NCBI GenBank assembly: GCA_963841435.1
Contig: CAWJCS010000005.1
Location: forward strand, 224,001 to 288,000
Origin: an uncultured delta proteobacterium
GTDB lineage: Bacteria > Myxococcota_A > Polyangia > Polyangiales > Polyangiaceae
DNA length: 64,000 nucleotides
Direction: 5' to 3'
Under the pieces are notes generated by a model. The model did not search any database. It saw only the letters and a list, made by a program, of their open reading frames with translations, and had not been told where the DNA came from. This document shows positions 56,906 to 64,000 of this stretch, in pieces (the first letter of the stretch is position 1; each line of letters starts with the position of its first letter). A program made the translations under genes and the position numbers.

Positions 56906-58901
56906 TCAGTGTCGCACGCGCTCGAGCTTCGCCAAGGCGCGCGCACCCGTCGGGGCGCCCGGTGCACGCAGCGTGTCGCGCTCCTGCCCGACGAACGAGG
57001 ACCAGCCGTCGACGAGGTCGGACAGCTCGCCGACGACGGACGAGATTTCGTCACTCGACGGGGGGGCGGACGTCATGGCGTCGCGCGGAGGCTGACTCAC
57101 GCCGAGCGCGTTCAGGGCTCGTTCCAATGTCGCAACGAGCGTCGTCGCGCGGCCGAGCAGGTCATGGCGCAGCTTGGCGCTTTCGCGCCGGCGGCCAGCG
57201 ATGTTGACGGCTTCGAGGCCCGCGCAGATCGAGGCGCGGAGCGCTTCGTAGAGCGACCCGTCCGCCGAGCCCATCTCGAACACCGCGACGCCAAGCGAGC
57301 GCTCCCCGAAGCATAGCGGGGTGACCAGGAACGCCCGCGGGGCATCGGGGGTGAGCAGATGGCCCAAAAGGTCGGCCGTGGGGAAACGGCGCCGCTCGTC
57401 CGAGAGGGATCGCGGCCCTTCGGGCGTGAGCGCGAGAACGAGCGCGACGTCGCCGCGCCGCTCGTCCTCGGGGGTTTCGTGCAGCGCCAGGTAGGCCCGC
57501 GGAATGCCCATCGTGGGAAGCGCCCCCCCGACCGTACGAAGCAGCGCGTCGAGGTCGCTGCAGAGGATGAGCCCCTCGGCCAGATCGGCGAGCCCGTGCA
57601 TGGCCCTGAGATCGGCGAGATGCCGCTGCGATTCGCGGTGGTGGATCTGGTTCGCGAGCAGGACGCGCGCTTCGTGGAGCATGGTTTCGGCGCGAATGAG
57701 CAGCCCCCCGAGCTCGATCAGCGGGGGCACCGCGCCGCGGCGCAACGCCGTGATCACCGACTGAAAGCGGCGAAGGTCTGCGTCCGCGCGCTCGGCCTCG
57801 ACGAGGAGATCGTCCCACACCGTCGCGAACGCGACCGTGCCCTTGCCGCGCACGCCGGCCACGAAGGCGTCGACGAGAGCCCAAGCAGCCTCTTCTGACA
57901 CGAGGCCGGGCGCCGCCGCGAGCGCCTCGCTCACGAGCTCGGCACGCTTTTGCATCAACGGGCTTTCCTCGGCTGCGCTGTCGGGGCGACGCGGCGGGTC
58001 GACGACGAACTCGCGCTGATCGAGGGGGCAACCGCAGGAGCGCCGCATCACGATCTCAGTCTTCAGCTCCACGCGCTCGGTGGCAGCCTCGCCGCGGACC
58101 TGCGCGAGCACGCAGGCGACGGCGGCGGCGGCCTGCTCTTGAACCGCCTGGCGCGCGGTCGTGAGGCCCGGCAAGGCCTGGCGCGCGGCCGGTCCGTCGT
58201 CGAACCCGACGACGGCGCAGTCCTCCGGCACGCGAATGCCCCGCGCTCGAAGCGCCATCAACGCGCCGAGCGCCATCTCGTCGTTGGCGGCAACGACGGC
58301 GTCGAAATCCCGGCCCGAGGCGAGCAGCGCGTGCACGGCCCGCTCACCCGAGACCTGCAAAAAATCTCCGACGACCGCAAGCGCCGGCTCGAAGTCGATG
58401 CCAGCCGCCTCGAGCGCCTGGCGGTACCCCTCGAAACGAGCCTCCGCCTCGTCGTTCGCGATCGGCCCGCGCACGAATGCAACGTTCCTTCGGCCATGCG
58501 CCTCGACGAGGTGCGTCACGAGCCGTCGGGTGCCGTCGGCGTTGTCGAGCACGATGCTGGGCACGCCCGGCAGCGGCACGCCGACGCTGACCCGAGGGAG
58601 CGAGCTGAAGCGTTCGGCGAAGCCTGCGAGCACCTCGGCGCCCACACCGGACTCCAACGTTCCGGCCGACAGGATCAGTCCGTCAATCCGTTCCAGGTCG
58701 ATGGATTCGTAGACGCGATTGCGGAGCGACGCGGTTGCGCCGGGCTTGGCGGGCGCTCCGCCCGCGAAGCAGAGCAAGGTCGCGCCCTCGCGACGAGCAG
58801 CATCGGCCACCGCCGTGCAAAGGGCGTTCTGGTAGCTATCGTTCAACGCAATCGACCACGAGAGCGAGCGTCGGGTAAGTTTGCGAGATCGGCTTGGCCA
58901 C
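56906..58901 (-). CDS. LacI-type sugar-binding domain sensor protein (frameshift at about 58848)
   Basis: GGAGG RBS and GTG start give MAKPISQTYPTLALVVDC, continuing in another frame as LNDSYQ...DN..G...ANDEMALG...VVGFDD...RRSCGC, then helical and GAF-like regions. No HTH. Confidence 0.75.
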
Positions 58902-59779
58902 GATCCTCCATGCTACGACCATTTTCGCCTCGCCCGCTACACTGACAGCGCGCGCTGAAGAGATACCCATAACGCGCGCGCGGGGCCGGGGGGCTTCGAA
59001 GCGACGACGGCGCCCGAAGCGCCACGCTTCAGCGCCACGCTTCGGTCAATCTCTCGTCACGTAACTCGACACCACGGACACCACACTTGGCATCACTTTG
59101 TGTACACCACTTTACACTCGCACACATCGAACGACATCGGCCCCCTAGACCGACGGGAACCAGGAGAACGGCCCGGCGGTTTCGCTCGCGCAGAGAGGAC
59201 GGAACGTGTAGTTCTGGAGCTCCGAGGAAGCGTCTCCCAATGGACGCCCCGGACCACCGTTGCGCGCACCCAGGCACTACGTCAGGCACTGGCTCACAGC
59301 CTGCGCGTGCCTGTGCGCGCTCGTCGTCACGAGCCGGGCTCGCGCCGAAACGCCGCGCATGCGCACGACCTTGGGCGGCGCGTTCTCGGGCGCGCGCGAC
59401 CGCGCGGCACGCCTCGGCCGGAGCACACCCGCGCATCGTGCACGTTTGCGCGCGGGGCGCCCCGCGCGAGGACTGTTCCGGTTCGTCGCGGTCGGCCCTT
59501 CGCCGAGCAGCGCGCTCGCGGCGAGGGCAGCCAACCTTCCGCGCGGTGCCGGTCTCGAATGCCGCGCTCACTGCACCGACGGTCGCGTGACGAGCAACCG
59601 CTCGCTCGACGTCGCGAGCCGCGTGCTCGCCGGTGTCGCGGGTGCCGCCGTGGCGACGGGCGTCGTCCTGTGTTTCGCGCAACCGTCAGCGGGCGAGCGC
59701 AACGTGGTGGTACCGGTGTTCCGACTCAAGTTGTCGGGAAGCCGCGCGGTCGCGAGCGCGGGCTGGCAATTTTAGGGCG

Positions 59780-60454
59780 TCAGAAGGAAAGCACGAAGGG
59801 GCCATAATCGGCCGAGCTCTCGCTGTGGGTCTGGTCGCCGTCGCTCATGATGCCGATGCCGACGAACGCGGGCACGTCGGCCGACGGGTCGCCGCCCTCG
59901 AAGTGCCTGCGGAACTCCGCACGGAGATCGAGATCCACGGACCGCCAGGTGCCGAGCGGCGGCCCCGACTGCAAGATGACCGTGTCCTGCGCGACGAACG
60001 GATTGCGCTTCCGATCGCACACCGCACCCTTCCTGCCCACGGCGCTCCAGACGTACTTCAGCGTGTAGTAGCGAAGGCCTCGCTTCCAGGTGACGTACAC
60101 GACGGCCGCGGAGTCGCCCTTGCCACTCACGCACTCGTCACCACCGCTGGGCAGCGTGCGGGCGCGCCAGGTCCAGCCGAGGCGAGACGCCGTTTCGCGC
60201 GCGCGGTCGGGAGCTTGCCAGCCGAGCACCGTGGTCTTCATGGGCGGGCGATAGCGAGAGCGAACGAACGAGGCGTCGCCCTCGCGAACGAGGGAGTAGT
60301 AGTTCGTCGGTCCTGACTCGCTCTCGACGACGCGCCAGGCGCTCGGCTCGATCGTGACCTTCGCGGCGGCCCACGCGGGCTGAGCGAGGGCAGAAAGCCC
60401 CAGGCACGCCCAGAGCGCGCGACCGACCGAGCGCCATCTGCGCATGAGTTTCAT
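59780..60454 (-). CDS. DUF3047 domain exported protein
   Basis: Signal peptide; LGWTWR, GDSAAVVYV, LKYVWS, GIGIMSDGDQT. Confidence 0.8.
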   Translation of the reverse strand: MKLMRRWRSVGRALWACLGLSALAQPAWAAAKVTIEPSAWRVVESESGPTNYYSLVREGDASFVRSRYRPPMKTTVLGWQAPDRARETASRLGWTWRARTLPSGGDECVSGKGDSAAVVYVTWKRGLRYYTLKYVWSAVGRKGAVCDRKRNPFVAQDTVILQSGPPLGTWRSVDLDLRAEFRRHFEGGDPSADVPAFVGIGIMSDGDQTHSESSADYGPFVLSF

Positions 60455-60589
60455 TTCTAGCTCGCCGCTCCCGCCTCGCAAGCGGCTCGACGAGGCGTCG
60501 CGCGCGAAACGCCAAAATCCGTGCAAACGCCGCGTCCGTTGGGTGGCGGTTTCGTTCGCGAGCGCGCGAAGTGGCGAGGGCGGGGACCG

Positions 60590-61051
60590 TCAGCTGCCCG
60601 TGTACGCGCGCGCGAGCGCCGCGATGTCGAGCTTCTTCATTTGCATCATCGCCTGCATCGCGCGCTCTGCCCCGTCGCGATCTGGTCCGCCCAGGTACTT
60701 TCCGAGCGTCTTCGGCACGATCTGCCAGCAGACGCCGAAGCGATCGGTGAGCCAACCGCACTGGATCTCCTTGCCGCCGCCCTCGAGCAGCGCCAGGTAG
60801 TAGCGGTCGATCTCGTCTTGCGTGTCACACGCTACGAACAGCGAGATACCCTGCGCGAAGCCGAAGCTCGGGCCGCCGTTCATGGCGATGAAGCTCTTGC
60901 CGAGGATCTCGAACGTGAGCGAAAAGACAGGTGAATCGGGGCCACCGGCGCGCGTCGTGCTCGTGATCGTGCCCTCGAAGATCGACACGTACTTCTGGAC
61001 CGCCTGCTCCGCCTCGTGGTCGTAAGTGATGAACGTCGTGATTTCGGCCAT
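60590..61051 (-). CDS. VOC family protein (PhnB / 3-demethylubiquinone-9 3-methyltransferase-like)
   Basis: AMNGGP, SLFVACDTQDEID, CGWLTDRFGVCWQ, MKKLDIAAL. GGAG RBS. Confidence 0.92.
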   Translation of the reverse strand: MAEITTFITYDHEAEQAVQKYVSIFEGTITSTTRAGGPDSPVFSLTFEILGKSFIAMNGGPSFGFAQGISLFVACDTQDEIDRYYLALLEGGGKEIQCGWLTDRFGVCWQIVPKTLGKYLGGPDRDGAERAMQAMMQMKKLDIAALARAYTGS

Positions 61052-61366
61052 TTTATTGTCTCCGTGTTGGGGGGTTCGGTGCCGCCGGGCCCCTGCCCGG
61101 CTTCCTCCCACGGTCGGAGCCGACCGCACGGGCTCGACACGACTTCGGTTCTTTTTTGCGGCAACGTAGCCAAGCCTGCGGCGTGCGGGCGCAGTCCCTT
61201 CGTGGTCAGACGAAAGGGCTCCGAAGTTCGGATGAAACCTACCCCCACGCCAGGCGTAGGTAGAGCGAGCCCCGAAACTGAAGCGGCACGGAGGCACGCA
61301 GGCGATGTGCGCCCGGGAGCGTCCTGCCGCAGCGGGGCTGCGGGCCGCTCGGCCCAAAGGAGACTC

Positions 61367-61678
61367 ATGTTCACGCAGTCCGTCGTGCGGAGCGTTCTCG
61401 CGACCGCCTTTACCCTGACCCTCACCGTCAGTGCGTTCGCGCACGGTCACCCCGCGCTGACGCGAGCCCAGGCTCGCGCTGCGCACGCCGCCGCCTGCGA
61501 CGCCAAGAACGTCCGCCCCGGCGCGGGCTACCGCGATGCGATGCGTCGCTTCGGCCCCGCCACGGCGAGATCGAACCGCGTCGCCAGCGCCGGCTACCGC
61601 GATGCGATCCGTCGCTTCGGTCCCCGCCAGGCCCCGACCGTGGCGTGCACGACCTCGACTCGCTCGGCGAGCCGCTGA
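61367..61678 (+). CDS. Small secreted basic protein with duplicated AGYRDAxRRFGP motif
   Basis: AAGGAG RBS, signal peptide ending AFA, 103 aa, two repeat copies. Confidence 0.7.
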   Translation: MFTQSVVRSVLATAFTLTLTVSAFAHGHPALTRAQARAAHAAACDAKNVRPGAGYRDAMRRFGPATARSNRVASAGYRDAIRRFGPRQAPTVACTTSTRSASR

Positions 61679-61751
61679 GCACGGGCGAGCCGCAGCCACC
61701 GGGTGACCGGCGTGCCGCGGCTCCGTCCGCCGCGAGAAGCGGCCGAGCCGC

Positions 61752-62114
61752 TCAGCGGCTCTTGCCGTCGAACTGGGTGACGTTGAGCGCTCCGAGCTCG
61801 GCGTCATCCAGGCAGCGCGTGTTGACGGCGACCGTGGCGCCGCCGTCCCGCCCAGTGCCGCGCGCGAACGATTTGATGCCGCAGACGCGGCAGAACAAGT
61901 GGTGGATGACGTGATGGTTGAACTGATAGTCGGTCAGCGCGTCTTCCCCCGAAAGTAGCTGGAATTCCGACGCCGGAACGAAGCTGAGGAGTGTGCCGCT
62001 CCGCCCACACATGGAGCAATTGCAAGCGATGACCGGTTTCGTCAGATCGAGCTTCACCTCGTAGCGAACCTTGCCGCAGTGGCAGCCGCCCGCGTAGGTC
62101 TTGATCGCGCCCAT
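61752..62114 (-). CDS. GFA / CENP-V family protein
   Basis: GGCHCG, CNCSMC, FCRVCG, VNTRCL. Confidence 0.92.
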   Translation of the reverse strand: MGAIKTYAGGCHCGKVRYEVKLDLTKPVIACNCSMCGRSGTLLSFVPASEFQLLSGEDALTDYQFNHHVIHHLFCRVCGIKSFARGTGRDGGATVAVNTRCLDDAELGALNVTQFDGKSR

Positions 62115-62230
62115 GCGTCAAAGCTAGAGCGGCGAGCGCCTGCCGTCACCCCTCGGACCGCGAAAGGGGGCCACGGACGCTTCCGGCGCCGAGCGAGCGT
62201 CGGGGCGAAGACCTGATACGAACGGGGTCG

Positions 62231-63346
62231 ATGAGGCGACTCGTCTCGCTCCTGCTTTTCGCTGCGTCGTGTGCCCCGCCATCGGCCACCCCCACCGGCG
62301 GCGCCCCGGCAGCGCTCGCCCCTCACGCTCGAGCCGAGTCAGGGGCCGCGAGGTCGCACGCTCGAGTCACCGGCGCGGCTGAGCGCGACGCTCCGGGCGT
62401 CGGCCGCGCGTCGCTGCCGCTGGAGCTCGTGGTCGATGCGCCGCTCCCCGGGCGCGCCGTGCGCTTCGACTACCTGGAGCTCGACCGGACGACGAAGAAC
62501 CTCGTCATCGCGCACATGAACGACGCCTCGGTGCTCGTCGTCCGGGCCGGCGACGGCTCACTCGTGAAGCGGGTGTCGAGCGTGCCGATACCGCGCGGCG
62601 TCGCAATCGCAGACGACGCCGGTCGCATCTTCGTGAGCAGCTCGCCGCATGCGCTCGTGATTCTCGACCGTCGGTCACTCACGGAAATCGCCCGCGTCAC
62701 GACGGGCACCGCGCCCGACGGCGTGGCCTGGGACGGCACGGATCGCATCGTCGCGGTATCGGACCAAGGCGACGGCGCCGTATCGCTCATCGCCCAATCC
62801 GGCAGCGGCGCTCGAACGCAAGTGCAGCTCGGCGGCGAGCCCGGGAACGTGGTGTTCGATGCACGGCGCCGCGCCTTTTGGGTCACGGTCGCGACCACTT
62901 CGGCGCCTGATCGGCTCGTGGCACTCGACCCGCTCGAGGCGCGCATCACCGAGAGCGTGGCCCTCGGCCATTGCTCGGGGGCGCACGGCCTCAGGCTCCA
63001 CCCGAACGGCCCCAGCGCCTTCGTCGCGTGCGAGCGCAATTCGAAAGTCGTCCGTGTCGACCTCGCTTCCCGCTCGCATGATCAGCGCGTCGCCAGCTGC
63101 GGCAGGCATCCTGACGTCATGGCGATCGATGCGGGCCTTGGCTGGCTTTACGTCGCGTCAGAGAGCGGCGACCTCCGGGTATTCGACCTGGGCCAACCTG
63201 GGCTCGTGCAAATCGCAGAACAGCACCCTGGCGACGGCAGCCACTCTCTTGCAGTCGATCCCGAAACCCATCGGGTCTATTTTCCGCTGCCGCGCGGCCC
63301 TTTGGGCGCCCCCGTTCTGCGAATCATGAAGCCGTCGGGAACGTGA
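62231..63346 (+). CDS. YncE-like beta-propeller lipoprotein
   Basis: AASC lipobox; RFDY, PDGVAWD, HGL, HSLAVDPETHRVY. Confidence 0.8.
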   Translation: MRRLVSLLLFAASCAPPSATPTGGAPAALAPHARAESGAARSHARVTGAAERDAPGVGRASLPLELVVDAPLPGRAVRFDYLELDRTTKNLVIAHMNDASVLVVRAGDGSLVKRVSSVPIPRGVAIADDAGRIFVSSSPHALVILDRRSLTEIARVTTGTAPDGVAWDGTDRIVAVSDQGDGAVSLIAQSGSGARTQVQLGGEPGNVVFDARRRAFWVTVATTSAPDRLVALDPLEARITESVALGHCSGAHGLRLHPNGPSAFVACERNSKVVRVDLASRSHDQRVASCGRHPDVMAIDAGLGWLYVASESGDLRVFDLGQPGLVQIAEQHPGDGSHSLAVDPETHRVYFPLPRGPLGAPVLRIMKPSGT

Positions 63347-63457
63347 GGACGCGCGCGTCGACCGCGCGCTGACGACGCCGCAAAATGTAGGCTTTCGCGG
63401 CCGGCGCTCGACCCGCGACGGCGCGCGGGAGTAGCATGAAGATTCGGTAGGGCGCTC

Positions 63458-64000
63458 ATGGCAACGGGTTCGAGAAGGAGCAGGTGGCAGAACGCATTCG
63501 CCGTACTGTTCGCGGGCACCGCCGTCGCGGCCGTGGCGTGCGGCGACGACGAGCCGGGGAGCGGCACCCAGGCGGCCTCGGGGAGCGGAGCCATGGGCGC
63601 CGCGGGCGGCCCGGGGGGCGCGAGCGGCAGCGCCGGCGGCGGCGGCGCTGGCACGGCGGGGAAGGGGTCGGGCGGGGCGAACGGTGGCTCGAGCGGCAGC
63701 GGCGGGAGCGGCGGCAGCGACGCGGGTGGCGCGCGCGACGGCGGCTCGGGCGGGACCGGCGGCGGCAAGGCCGGCAGCTCGGGCACGGGCGGGAGCGGGC
63801 CCATGCAGCCCACCGAGTGCAACGACGGCATCGACAACGATGGCGACGGCCTCGTCGACTGGCAGGAAGACCTCGGCTGCTGGGGCCCCGGCGACGGCAC
63901 CGAGGCCGCGCTGCCACGCGACCAGGAAGACGGCTTTTCTACCTTCGACATCGGCCCCGACAGCGTGGTCGTCTACGTGAGCGAGAACGGTGACGACGCG
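63458..64000 (+). CDS. Lipoprotein with Gly linker and CNDGIDNDGDG Ca-binding-like motif (3' partial)
   Basis: Read by hand: MATGSRRSRWQNAFAVLFAGTAVAAVAC, Gly tract, ECNDGIDNDGDGLVDW. Open to the window end. Confidence 0.78.
   Translation, partial: MATGSRRSRWQNAFAVLFAGTAVAAVACGDDEPGSGTQAASGSGAMGAAGGPGGASGSAGGGGAGTAGKGSGGANGGSSGSGGSGGSDAGGARDGGSGGTGGGKAGSSGTGGSGPMQPTECNDGIDNDGDGLVDWQEDLGCWGPGDGTEAALPRDQEDGFSTFDIGPDSVVVYVSENGDDA

Noticed and set aside
59060-59130. ACCAC/ACAC-rich, lower-GC stretch upstream of the LacI-type sensor
   Set aside because: Probably promoter DNA, but I could not define a regular spacing or palindrome.
59260-59775. ORF whose last 60 aa resemble the TM and barrel-like tail of myxobacterial PEGA/TPR proteins (ending GWQF)
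   Set aside because: The upstream part is not protein-like; at best a remnant, too weak to call.

Overview
Very GC-rich (about 70% by eye) bacterial chromosomal DNA. The gene content (many lipoproteins with Gly/Ser/Ala linkers, a MYXO-CTERM-like tail, an ECF sigma/TPR module, a TonB-C-fused receptor) points to a Myxococcota genome, probably Polyangiaceae-like; this is inference. About 50 genes can be supported. I found no rRNA, tRNA, CRISPR array, transposase or integrase. Recognisable units: USP; M2 (ACE-like) peptidase; IgGFc-binding-like lipoprotein; SDR; amidohydrolase; ferritin-like protein; arsM-sigZ; a patch of small cassette-like genes with a MazEF-type TA pair and attC-like remnants; MFS plus disulfide reductase; egtB-egtD; ArsR-SRPBCC operon with two palindromic operators; a His/Cys leader ORF before a TonB-dependent receptor and two lipoproteins; an ECF module ending in a Kazal-like/Cys-rich/Hint lipoprotein; an apparently exported TldD/PmbA pair; a six-gene envelope cluster with two arylsulfotransferase-like propellers; and several secreted sugar-related enzymes. 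At least seven genes carry one apparent frameshift, most simply explained by long-read indel errors. Best candidates for undescribed systems: the leader-peptide/TonB receptor locus (28.8-34.1 kb), the ECF-linked Hint lipoprotein (34.1-38.3 kb) and the ASST-like lipoprotein cluster (42.7-51.1 kb). All family calls come from motif recognition, not database searches.
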